A stretch of 64,000 nt of DNA from Nemertoderma westbladi. Its lineage: Eukaryota; Animalia; Xenacoelomorpha. Each line of letters starts with the position of its first letter. Within the stretch, counting starts at the first letter, position 1. The position numbers were made by a program, and so were the translations under genes. Below, piece by piece: positions 19,249-30,292 of the stretch. The notes under the pieces are model-generated. The model had not been told where the DNA came from. It did not search any database and saw only the letters and a program-made list of their open reading frames with translations. Where the stretch lies: NCBI GenBank assembly GCA_032718475.1, contig JAUCBJ010007250.1, positions 585-64,584 on the forward strand, written 5' to 3'.

Positions 19249-22200
19249 ATGGAGAAAGGGACACAAGGAGAGCCAAGATGGGGATATGATATCCAAGAGG
19301 AGGCAGCAGCGCCATTCGAAAGATTTGGAGCCAAGGATTACACTATATTTGGTATAAAAGAATTATCGGAAAGTACAGCGAAACTCGCGAGAACTAAATA
19401 TGACTCGAATGTATTAAAGAGAAGGCAAAACGCATTAAACGAAAGAATCGAAAGTTTGCGCCAAACCTTCAACGAACTTTACCCGTACGATGCTTTGTGT
19501 GACACGGGAGACATTAGCGAAGACCCCGATACTGAAATTAGTCGTTTGTATCATACCATGCAATACCTAAAGGCGCATGAACCTATGCCTGCGGTACGCG
19601 ATGAATTCGATGGAATGCATCTTTACAGACGAACTCGAGGGGACGATAGAGAAACCAAGGAAGCATTTTCAGTTTATAAACTTTATTATCAATGCGGTTC
19701 TTGTATGCGCGAACAACGAAATGCGATTCCGATGCGTTTGAATAAGGAAAATCCCGAACCGATATTGGCGAGGTGTTCGAATCATCAACAACTACGCTAC
19801 CAGGAAGGAGGGTATCCTTTATCGAATCCATATCATTCATTTGCTATGACCGGACCAAAGGCGGGAGAAACTGTCATTTACCCACCTAAGGTTGTTGAAC
19901 CCGATGTATTTGAACTTACGCTGGACGAGGCGAATCAGTCAACCCGCGAAAAGAAAGAAGCTCTTAGCCTATACAGAGCCTACAAGGCTTTCGAGAAAGG
20001 TGAGATGGAAGAATGGGGTGGAAGACTCGCGAGCCTACCTTGCCATTGGACGTCACACGATCAAACTTCAGCTAAGGAGATGACACCGGAAGTTTTCGAG
20101 AGCATAAACTTTGCTCAAAACGTTATTCAGAGATTACAGATTGCATCCCCGGAGAGGCCAAGAGAAATGCAACCGTATAGTACTTCAACTACGAAACCAT
20201 TGAGTACGACACTCAATTTCCCTATTAGTATACCAGTCCGACAGGATACGACGTACGAAATACCCATCGTGGATCATCCAGAAATCATTTCAAACTTGGA
20301 GTTTCTTCCTGCAGTTGTTTTCAGCGATATGAGTAAGATATATGATTTGCGTAGACATATTACTCAAAAGGTCGTGAACAACGTTCCACCTCATATTCAA
20401 GATTTTAAGGAACTGGATAGAGCTGGTGCCGACATAGCTCCGAGTAATCTGAAAGGATATCTAACCAAGACGATTCGTTTATGGATTGGAATCGGAACCT
20501 TCGAGTCGGATACGGATATTGCCGCAGATTGGCGAGGTAAGGTTATTCGTTTCGATGAGGATAAGGATATAGAGAAGATTTGGCAACCTTCGGAAGAATT
20601 GTTGGATGAATGGACTAGGACGTTTAGATCGTTTCAGGAAAACGGTTATATGTTTTACGATAACGAGGGCGGCAGTCATCAGCAGAGTTTGACTTCTAAG
20701 ACTATACAGATTAGAGCGGCGGACGGAGTCCTGCACGTTTTCAGTAGACAGAGGAGCGACAAACGAATGCCGATACCTCCAGCGAATACAAAGCGACACC
20801 ATCTTATCACCGATATAGTAAAGAAGATGGACCAAGCTTGTAATATTGACGCTAGAATGCTACCGAAGATGGTAAGAAACATGATTTTAGATAAAACTGT
20901 TGTAAAGGTTGGATCAGGAGTAAGGGAGGATTTAATTAGCGACTTCGTTGGCATGACGGACAGCGATGACCGACTACCGACACCATACGTCGACACTCGA
21001 CCTCTTATTCTGTGGTCTATAGAACAGGGATATTTTCGTGAGTATAATACTCAGAAGACTGGAACTGGATACATTTCCTACCTGTTATTCAATTGGGATT
21101 ATAAGGAAGGTAAAAGAAACAAGTATATTGAAACTTATGGAGAAGGTGATACTCCAGATATGAGTGAGTTTGAATCACAGCTTAAATGGAGAGGATGCGT
21201 GTATTGGGCTATTACGTCACCTCCAAGAGCGGTCTTACAATATTATTTAGCGATAGAGTCGTCAGTGAATGTTTGCCTAATCGCCGACATCGTGTCTCGG
21301 ACTCTCAAAAGACATCCACTTTGTCTCGGAGAAGATCATACGTTCTACATGGAAGGGAGAATTCGTACCGACGTGTTTAGACGATTCCTTGAACCCTTCT
21401 ACAACTCCGACGCTCAGTGCAATGCCTTTACTCGAGCAGGATTTAGTATATTTCGAGACGTGTATCTTCGCTGTGCGGGATCTCTTATCGAAAGACCATC
21501 TATGTTTACACTGTTACCCTATGAAGGAGAACGTATCGTGGAGATTACGGATGAATCACGGCAGACGCGCGCGCCTATCGGTCACCTTGGTGATGAATTC
21601 GAAGTAACTACTACGATCGCCGACGATCCTTTAGAGGAACTTCTTGAGATAGAAAGGAACCTCCCGAAGAAATCTCAGACGGAGATTCGACAACTTGAAG
21701 CAACAGATGCTATAGTTTGCCTACAACCTTCAGAAACCTACCAACCCATAGACCCAGATGATTACGATTATAGTATGGGAGGAAGCGCTCGACCGATTGG
21801 AGATCTTATATACGAACGAGTGTGGTACCCTGCTAATACGATGTGTAGTAAATGTGGCGTCGCTGGACATCATATGGCAAAGTGCAGTGGAAAGCACATT
21901 ACTACGACTCAGCTAATCTGTGGATGGTGTGGGGATCAAGGGTCTCATACCTTTTATACTTGCTGGAGATTTATGGCTCAATGTACTTACTGCAATATAA
22001 AGGGACATCGAGCATCTGAATGCCAACTGAGAGACATACCTTATGAACATGAATCTGTAAAACTCGTGAGGAAGTTATTTGATGAGTGGGAAGATTTGGC
22101 CGACGAACATGTATCGGCACAGAGAAGACGGTTTCCGATGAGAGCGCATCTCGGATTTTGGGCGGTAAATCCCCAGACGATGATGTCGGAAGGATACATC

Positions 22201-22974
22201 TCCGCTATGCCCCAATATGACGAACTTATCGAGGTTGTTGATATTTTGCCCCACGACAGCGGATTCCGAGTGGTGCGTGAGTATCTGTTACAGATTCACC
22301 CAGATAACAAAAACACGTGGAATTTTCAGAAAGTCGTAAATCGTATCACGTATGGTGAATTTGATCGTTTCCGAACCGAAAAGCGGAATAAAGGAGCTTG
22401 GTTAACCGTCGCATGGGCGTACCGAGCCGCGTTTTACCATAAACGTATACGAGCGAGCGTATTCGAGGAAGAAGAGGTCCTAGAGGCGACGAATATATCA
22501 GCCACTCCGGTTGCGCCGTCTGCACGTCACCCTCGGGAGGACGGGCAGGGTAGGATCATACGGGTCCAGAAAGTGGGCCAACAATTGAAGAAAATTATTA
22601 ATGTGGAAGAACGCAAGGGAGTTGAGCCGACTATTCGAGTTACTCGGGATACGGTATCACTTCCAAGAGAACCGGTAGGAGGATCGGGACATACACCAGC
22701 TGATCAACAGGGGGCGCAAGCTACTCTTGGGTCTGCGTCGTCCACTCCTCGCGCGTTCCCAGACGTTCTACCAACTGTAGCGACAACTGATCGGTCACGA
22801 GGAATTGGTCGAGGTTTTGGGATGCCAAATAGACGAATTTGCGAGGAAATAGTCGCACCGTCTCTCAACGTCCCAAGTAAACCAGTGACTCGCCCCAATA
22901 GTCCCATATCGCGAGCAAAGTCACCTGTGCGCAGTTTTCGAGGACGCGGCAGGGCTCGATCTACTAAGCGATAA
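19249..22974 (+). CDS. Element A ORF2: DEDDy-like 3'-5' exonuclease fold plus three CCHC zinc knuckles (first ATG 19249)
   Basis: IQIRAADG, LPKMVRNMILDKTVVKVGSGVREDL, YVDTRPL, YYLAIES resemble WRN/EXD2-type exonuclease motifs in order. Knuckles CSKCGVAGHHMAKC, CGWCGDQGSHTFYTC, CTYCNIKGHRASEC. The ORF is certain; the domain call is by eye. Confidence 0.75.
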   Translation: MEKGTQGEPRWGYDIQEEAAAPFERFGAKDYTIFGIKELSESTAKLARTKYDSNVLKRRQNALNERIESLRQTFNELYPYDALCDTGDISEDPDTEISRLYHTMQYLKAHEPMPAVRDEFDGMHLYRRTRGDDRETKEAFSVYKLYYQCGSCMREQRNAIPMRLNKENPEPILARCSNHQQLRYQEGGYPLSNPYHSFAMTGPKAGETVIYPPKVVEPDVFELTLDEANQSTREKKEALSLYRAYKAFEKGEMEEWGGRLASLPCHWTSHDQTSAKEMTPEVFESINFAQNVIQRLQIASPERPREMQPYSTSTTKPLSTTLNFPISIPVRQDTTYEIPIVDHPEIISNLEFLPAVVFSDMSKIYDLRRHITQKVVNNVPPHIQDFKELDRAGADIAPSNLKGYLTKTIRLWIGIGTFESDTDIAADWRGKVIRFDEDKDIEKIWQPSEELLDEWTRTFRSFQENGYMFYDNEGGSHQQSLTSKTIQIRAADGVLHVFSRQRSDKRMPIPPANTKRHHLITDIVKKMDQACNIDARMLPKMVRNMILDKTVVKVGSGVREDLISDFVGMTDSDDRLPTPYVDTRPLILWSIEQGYFREYNTQKTGTGYISYLLFNWDYKEGKRNKYIETYGEGDTPDMSEFESQLKWRGCVYWAITSPPRAVLQYYLAIESSVNVCLIADIVSRTLKRHPLCLGEDHTFYMEGRIRTDVFRRFLEPFYNSDAQCNAFTRAGFSIFRDVYLRCAGSLIERPSMFTLLPYEGERIVEITDESRQTRAPIGHLGDEFEVTTTIADDPLEELLEIERNLPKKSQTEIRQLEATDAIVCLQPSETYQPIDPDDYDYSMGGSARPIGDLIYERVWYPANTMCSKCGVAGHHMAKCSGKHITTTQLICGWCGDQGSHTFYTCWRFMAQCTYCNIKGHRASECQLRDIPYEHESVKLVRKLFDEWEDLADEHVSAQRRRFPMRAHLGFWAVNPQTMMSEGYISAMPQYDELIEVVDILPHDSGFRVVREYLLQIHPDNKNTWNFQKVVNRITYGEFDRFRTEKRNKGAWLTVAWAYRAAFYHKRIRASVFEEEEVLEATNISATPVAPSARHPREDGQGRIIRVQKVGQQLKKIINVEERKGVEPTIRVTRDTVSLPREPVGGSGHTPADQQGAQATLGSASSTPRAFPDVLPTVATTDRSRGIGRGFGMPNRRICEEIVAPSLNVPSKPVTRPNSPISRAKSPVRSFRGRGRARSTKR

Positions 22975-23828
22975 AAGGGAGGGCAAGGGTGGACGGAAGA
23001 CTCGTGGGCCTTTCTTATGATTTGTGATTTATTTTGAATTATATGTTTTATATTTAGAAAACTTATGCAATTTGTATTGTTCCGAATTTATGAAATTTAG
23101 AAAGTTTATATTTAGAAGGAACTTATATTTGAAAGATTTATGTTTCATATTTGAGATGCAAAAGGTTTATATTATTTTAAACTTATGCAGTTTATATTTA
23201 TATTTAAGTAAAGACTTATATTTAGTAAGATTTATATTTAGTAAGAATTTATATTTTATATTTACGTGATTATTTCGAACTTATGCAATTTATATCATTC
23301 CGAACTTATGCAATTTATATTGTTCCGGATATTATGCAATTTATAAGCAGTATTTGTATTTACAGTGAAATAGAAAGTTTTATAGATAGAAAATTTTGTG
23401 CTCAGAAAGACTCATATTTGTAATTATTCCAAACTTATGCAATCTACATTTAGGTACGAAAGTATTTGTAATTACTTGAATTTATGCAATATTTGAGATG
23501 CAATAGTAGATGGAAGACTCGCGAGCCTTTCTTATTGTTTTCATTTATTTGTATTTGTAATTGTTTGAATTTATGCAATATCTGAGATGCAATAGATTTA
23601 TATTGGTGAATTTAATTTAGATTTATATTGTACTTACTTAGTAAAGCCTTAACTACGTAAAGTTTGAATTTGTAATTATTTTTGTATCGAATCATTACGT
23701 AAAAAGGAAGTATTGTTTGAAATTTAATTGTAAATATGTAAGTACGCCCTAAGTATTCTATAGTTTGATTGATTATTGGTGAAAACCGTATATTTTATGC
23801 ACGATAATATCCTGTTTTCATGGAGCGG

Positions 23829-25749
23829 TATAGAATTATATTCCCTAAATGCCGTGGATTTTCAAAATTTTATTTTATTCGAATTAACTTTGTAAAGATT
23901 GCTTTGAGTTCTCATTAGTATTGGTTCTATCTATTATGCATCTATCGGTCAAGTGGTTCAGTAGCTCAGTCGGTAGAGCGTTGGAAATTATATGTGTAGT
24001 AGGTATCGAGTTCGAATCCTAATAAGTGCGAATTATTTTTTGTGCAGAATTTCAACTCATTTAAATTAACCGCTACAAATTAATTGCATTTGTCTGTACC
24101 AATGAGACCGTAGTTATTTGATTGTAACCAATGTCGTGCAAGTTATATATTAGCTGGACCAATAGCTATCTTTAAAACCTTGTTAGAATCTATAGAACAA
24201 TCGAGAATTTTCTCGATTGATTGCGGCACAAATTTAGTATATAAAGGTGCGATTTCGTTCATTAGTATACTTACACAAACTAATTCAATCCATCATTCAC
24301 TTTCTGTCTTATTTCAGATTACATTGTTTATTGTATAATAGTTATTATATCTTTTGTAATAAAAGTCAGAAATACTAGTCACATCTCAGCCCTTTTCTAT
24401 CTGTTTTACTATGGTTTCACTACGGTGAACAAACTCAGGGACAGGATGGCCGGCTAGAGATCGGGCCGCAGCAATGAACGGGAACATCACGGGAATGTAG
24501 ACGAGAGACAACCCGCAATACCATCTTAGAGTTATTCGCCCATCGCCTGAAAGGTTAGACAGCGTTCGATCCTTGCTACCTAAGTGTAAGACCAAAAGAT
24601 CAAAGGTAGACGTAGTGACGCGCTGTAAGCCCAAAATTACATCATAAGGACTGTACTGTCTTGATTCAGGAAAACCCACAGTAGACCTTCACATTCCTAC
24701 GGGGGGAGGGAGAGAGAGCAGATACTAGTACGCAGATAGGACGTAGGCACACCGGTACAAGGCATACACATTGGTTAGGGTGCAGCAAACTGTACGCTTA
24801 ACTCTTGCTAAGTACAGGTGTGTGTGCGACTATTTGCCGTACAACAGTGTCCATTACATCAGAACTTGTAGGCTAGGGGGTTGCTGTGTTTTCACCTGAA
24901 TTGGGATTGTACCGTTCAGGCGGTAGGGCAGTTTACGCTAGGCGCAAATAAATTGAGGCTATCAGGGATATACTAACATCTACCGTGTCCCCGCCAACGC
25001 CCTAATAGGAAGTTACCCGGACTACCTGGGTGACTAAAATTCTAGATAGGAGCCAGGATAGCTATTAGTACCCGTACGCCTACAGTAGTAAACTAACACA
25101 TCTCTTCTTAGTATCAGGGACCTGGTACCTAAAATTGCCGAATTCTGGGCGTAGTATTAACCTTATGCCTGAATTTGAGTCCTGGAAATACGCAAGAGGG
25201 GAAGGAACCTTATCATTCGTGAGTATTGGACCTACAAGTTATAAAATTAGAATATTCGTAAAATGCACACCGTACCCAGTAATTATATATGTGAAGGAGC
25301 AAAACTGTTTTTTGACCGTTCAGAATTAACACACGCGCGTTAGAAATTATTTACACCTCGAAATATATAAAATTAACTTAGTCCGTACTGTGCTTTGCCC
25401 GCTAGTTAGACATCTCCAAATCTGCTCTATACCTAGCTAGCGTCCCTTTGCCCAACCATATAAATCACACCGCGGCAAAGTATACGAGCCTCTTAGTCCG
25501 TCAGTGAGTCAGCCTGATTTTAGGATTCGCTGCGCGGGATTTTGTTTTATCGAAGTTTGTCTGCTCGTAGACTGTTTTCTGCCTCACCGGTTATAAGAGA
25601 TCGATACTGCAATATATTCGCTTACTTAGGGTTTACTGTTTTGGTGAGAAGGTCGGATTTATGATTTGATTTACAAACTTTACAGTAGGATATTGCAGGT
25701 ATTGTTACCGTCTCTTCCGATAGTAGGAATAGGCGTATCTCTTCAATTA
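23829..25749 (+). repeat. 3' LTR of element A
   Basis: Direct repeat of 6802-8722, preceded by TTTTCATGGAGCGG and followed by the TSD. Confidence 0.95.
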
Positions 25750-27600
25750 GAGACATTGTGGACCTTGATACCATTCCAAAACGTAGTCGTTGTCACTGCT
25801 CCTGGGCTCTGTGGGTTGAATCTCCTCGGATTCTAAGCAAATTAGTTCGTCTTCCAATTGCATAGCTGAGGTAGGTGTAGCTGTCTCCTCAAGCGAACCC
25901 ACTGTTTGAACTTCCACAATAGAATAACCTGTGGGGATTCGGGGTCTTTGTATAACAGAGGAATGTAAATTCTGTATACAAACGTCCTTGAAAATGGCGA
26001 ATCCAGCGCTGTGTAACTTCTCAGCAGCTGAGTCTCTTAGGCTGAGCTTGGTCAGAGCGCGGTCCTTGAACTGACTATCAACGTTACGGAACGGAGTCAG
26101 AAAGCGCCTAAAGCATTCGAAGCGGATGAATTGATTGTGTTCATCTAGCTTGGCGAGTTTGGTTCCAAGTAACAAGGGATGGGCGCGTATAGTACGACTG
26201 CACACATTGGCTAGCCAACCGGCAAGTGCGGCGTTCTCGAAGATAGTGTATATAGCTAATGAGGGACGAAGTGGAACACTCATGAAGCTATAAACAACGC
26301 CAGGTGCGGTCAATGGTCTGTCGAAGTATAATCGAGAATAATGATCTCCATATACTTGTTGATAGTTGATAGGGTTTCCGACTTTGAAATTCCATCCGTA
26401 TTCTTGAAAGGCAAGATGTCTGATGGAGGTTCGTTGTACTTTATTGATGCCGCTGGATGTATTGGCATACATAGTGTGGAAGAAACCTCGGCCTTCTGCC
26501 CAGGGAGCAATCAGCTGGGTGTCTACGAAAGGATATGGGATATTCTCCATATTCCTGTTGTATTCCTAATATGTCTTCCATTGATGGTAGAGAGCAGGGG
26601 AAAGCCTATGTCGTATTCAGAAATATTCATAAATACGATCTCAGTAGGAGGATTCAACATTCGAAGACCATCTCCAAATGAATTTATCCCCAATCATTAA
26701 GGGAGGTGAACAACCAGATTTATGACACATAATGGTACCAGCTGTTCACAGACTATCCGCGTGTCCTTTCAGTCCTTGTATCACGGTCGTGGACTTGAGG
26801 AAATTAGGGGTGGTTGATTATCTAATCAACAACAAGAGGAGTAGTGGTTGATACTATGAATATCAACACAATGGTACAGGGACAGGAGGTGCGGACACCA
26901 ATATAAGCATCCAAATAAACAGTAAGGGATGGGGAGGTTTAGTAGGAGCGGTACGATCAATACCACGACACCACTATGATTGATCGATCATCTCCCAAAA
27001 GCGCCGAGTGTGTTGGGAAGAGAAGATGGGAAGAAGAGGGTTTCTCTATCAACGTCTTGTATCCTCGATATCGATAGATAGAGGGAGAATAGTAGTAGGG
27101 AGGAGGAAGTATATGCGTGTAGTATCTATAAGATACCACAATGGACATGTTTTCCCTTTACGTCATTACTCATTCTTACTCTTTGATTGTGACACTGATC
27201 ACAATAATTGCAGGAAGAGGATGAAGTAAGAGGAAATTACAGCCTCCCGAAGGAGACCGTCCGCGAGCACCCGCGCCCCGGGGAAAACTATTCACATTAT
27301 GGACCCTGGACATTAATGTATGGTTTTTCTCCAGATGGTTCTCCTCTACTTGTCTTTACAAACATTCTTCCACATTCTCTCTTTCGATTTCGAATAGAAT
27401 TTTCGTGTTCGATTCTCAGTTTATCGTTCCGACTCCGCTGGGTATGATATTTAAATAGGATCATTTCCCTTTCGGTGTCTACATCGTCCGTATCGTGTAA
27501 ATCGATAGGATGACCAGTAGTTAAGAAGTCCATATACGTACCATTACGATGCGTATAGCAAGCGGTGAATTTTCTATAGTCCAATTCACGCGTGAGCTGT
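25750..27600 (-). pseudogene. N-terminal and middle parts of element B ORF2 (disrupted)
   Basis: IPYPFVDTQLI, YGWNFKVG, FRRFLTPFRNVD, AGFAIFKDV align with A ORF2 (PTPYVDTRPLI, FNWDYKEG, FRRFLEPFYNSD, AGFSIFRDV). The frame is broken upstream of ~26600, so the upstream limit is approximate. Confidence 0.8.
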
Positions 27601-29485
27601 CCTTTGACATTGGCGGTTCGATATAACGGCCATCATCCTCCGTAGTGGGTTGACTAGCATCGCCGCGTATTAAACCGCAATATCAACAAATGCTTGCAAT
27701 GGTAGGGTATATCGCTCCCTGATACCAAGATCATCTTCTATCAACTCAGCCATAGCTGCTATATGAGTTTATCAATATTATAATTAATTATAATTTAGGC
27801 TAGCGGTCGTCGCTGCCTCCCCCTCAATGCCCCCGGACAGCGCAAGATCCTCAGCGCTGATGTACTGTCACCGCTGTGCCTCTCGCCAACGTAGTAGCTA
27901 CACAACGACAACAATAACCAGCGCGAGTCACTCCACTGTCCGTCCCAAGGGCTTAGAATTACTTCAGGTTCTTGCTACAGAGGTAGGGCAACTTTCACAA
28001 CTGCGACTCGCTACTGTAAACACACTTTAGTAGTAACATTCACCTATAAACGCACAAATTCCACACAACTGTCACAAATTGTACATATTCGGGCCATTTG
28101 TCCGTTAGTCAAGTGCCTTCCAGAATGCCATGTTATTATTATGTATCCCTGGATACTAGCAGTGTGCTATTTATTCCGTATGTTATTCAATGGGGCAAGC
28201 TTTCTATTGTTCTTTTAACTCGCTTCTAATTCTAGCGTGGTTGTTGCTATGGTGACATTATATGGAAAGCTAGCAGTAGAATTAGGGTAATTCTCATGCA
28301 TACAGATCTGGGATGCTATTTAATAGTAATTCTTTAATTGTCAATATTCCCCTTTATACATGATTTTATGAATTTTATCGGCTATTGACTAGATATTGGA
28401 GATTCTCGCACACTAATATACTTAATAGGGTGAATCTCCGCTCCCATGATCTATTAATTAATGGAATTTTGGGAATGTTATAAATTGTATAAAATGACAA
28501 TTTATCAAATTCATGAGAGGATATGAATTTAAATTTATTTCCGTAAATTTTATTATTTAATATTAAAATAGACACAATTTTATTCCAGAACATGTCTGGG
28601 GACTAAGATCCTTAATTCTAGGGAATTTGTCCTTTTTAAGAGTATCGGTAAGTGCTATGATATCTTAATCGACAAGAATTTTAAAGGACCTGAATCCCAA
28701 CAGATCTGGACCTATAGATTTTTTTTTCGGCTTACAAACTCCTTAGAGTCTATTTGTCTGCATTTACTCCATTATAACATTTGTTTTAATAGATTTTTGT
28801 AAATATTAAATAGTTAATATTTAAGATGGGCACCGATTTATTCCAGAACTTGTCTGGGGACGTTAACCACTGATTCTAGAATTTTGTCTTTCAAGTATAT
28901 CGGTGGGTGACGCGATATCTTAATCGACTAGAATTACAGATGGTCAAAGGGTTTAACAGATTTATTTTGCGTTTTACGCTACTGTTAAATGGACATCATT
29001 CTACTATATGTATTATTTAATATACGGTATGAGAGCAATATTGTAAGAAGCAATGTCAGTAAGAAGAGGCAAGTCGTTTCCAAGGTCTACCCAGAGCTTG
29101 GTTTAGCAGAGACACAAGGATCTGAACTTTGCATTCCTAATACTCTACTTACCAATAATACTTGAGTATAGTAGGAGCTTTATTGTACTTTAATAAGTAC
29201 AGACATTTCATCTTACTGTAGTCACATATTTATAATATAATACGGACAGTAAGGAAAGAGAAAAAGAATTATTTCTCGCCGTCGCACTAAATATATAATA
29301 TATAAGTAATTAAGTAATAAACGCGAATATATATTGCACTAATCTACTAGATAATCGCTAAAATAACATTCTACTAAATAAAATTAAAGAAAACGATTAT
29401 AATAAAATTACATAATAATACATACATAAATATAAAATAATAAAAACAAATATAAAATATAGTCACACAAACACTCCAGCTGTTG

Positions 29486-30292
29486 TTAAGTTAGGGAGTC
29501 CCTAGATGTTTGTTGGATTAGGGAGGTGGTCGTGGGAAGAGTATCTTGCCTTCCATAGTTTCCGGAGAGTTCTCTGTCTCTTTCCAGTAAACATAAACGA
29601 CCAACTGGGCGATTGAGCTGCTGTGTCTCGATGACAATTCCAGGTTTCCTCTTCGTCCTGGAATAGTGACGATAGAAACATCGCTTCAAATACGCAACGG
29701 CCTTACAAAGCCGATTCCAGGATCTATAGTGGTCCATCGCTCCCGGCAGGAGAGGTGAGAGTCCCGGCGAGACGTCTGGTGTTACAGATCTCCATGCTCT
29801 CTCTCTGATCTCCACAACAGATCGGTTCGCGGTGGGGGAGTTTAGATCCACAGTGTCGTCCCTGGCAATGTGTAATACAGACAGATCTATCACGGGTTTA
29901 AATAACCTTGATTTACTCGTCCGGGTTTTAGGTTTGAGTTTCTCCGCTCCCTTGGCTTGTCTAATCTCAGCCGTGGTAAGATGGGGAGGCCATTCATCTT
30001 CTTTACTTAGGAAGTTGGGTCCACCTAACCAGTCTGGAGTATCTGTCAGTTCTTGAGGAGTTGCTCCTCTGGAAGCGACATCAGCTAGATTAATCGTCTC
30101 GGGACAATGTCTCCATTGATCTACATTGGAGTTAATATCGTCATTATCTGAGGAGTATGGCGTTCCCTCAGTTGGGTCGTCTACCTCACTGCTCTCCGCT
30201 TCCCATTCACTTACTTGGTATACCCGTTCAAAAAAAAACCGTTCGTTTAAAAAATATAAAATAATGTAGTCACATACCCACTCCAGACGCTG
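29486..30292 (-). CDS. Internally deleted, diverged duplicate of B pol (linker segments only), stop-free and in frame with the pol stop
   Basis: Mosaic of ~34100-34200, ~31860-32340 and ~30293-30457; both junctions keep the frame; no upstream ATG. Confidence 0.6.
   Translation of the reverse strand, partial: QRLEWVCDYIILYFLNERFFFERVYQVSEWEAESSEVDDPTEGTPYSSDNDDINSNVDQWRHCPETINLADVASRGATPQELTDTPDWLGGPNFLSKEDEWPPHLTTAEIRQAKGAEKLKPKTRTSKSRLFKPVIDLSVLHIARDDTVDLNSPTANRSVVEIRERAWRSVTPDVSPGLSPLLPGAMDHYRSWNRLCKAVAYLKRCFYRHYSRTKRKPGIVIETQQLNRPVGRLCLLERDRELSGNYGRQDTLPTTTSLIQQTSRDSLT

Larger units (their letters stand above)
6802..25749 (+). mobile_element. BEL/Pao LTR retrotransposon A, full-length and apparently intact (18.9 kb)
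   Basis: 1921-bp direct repeats offset by 17027 bp; TSD GAGAC at 6797-6801 and 25750-25754; two uninterrupted ORFs; PPT GGAGCGG at 23822-23828. Confidence 0.97.

Noticed and set aside
19249-22974. ORF2 as an envelope gene
   Set aside because: No evident signal peptide or transmembrane anchor; it has zinc knuckles and a basic tail instead.
22975-23828. Repeated AACTTATGCAAT motifs in the 3' UTR of A
   Set aside because: Adequately explained by local slippage duplications in AT-rich DNA; no independent sign of function.
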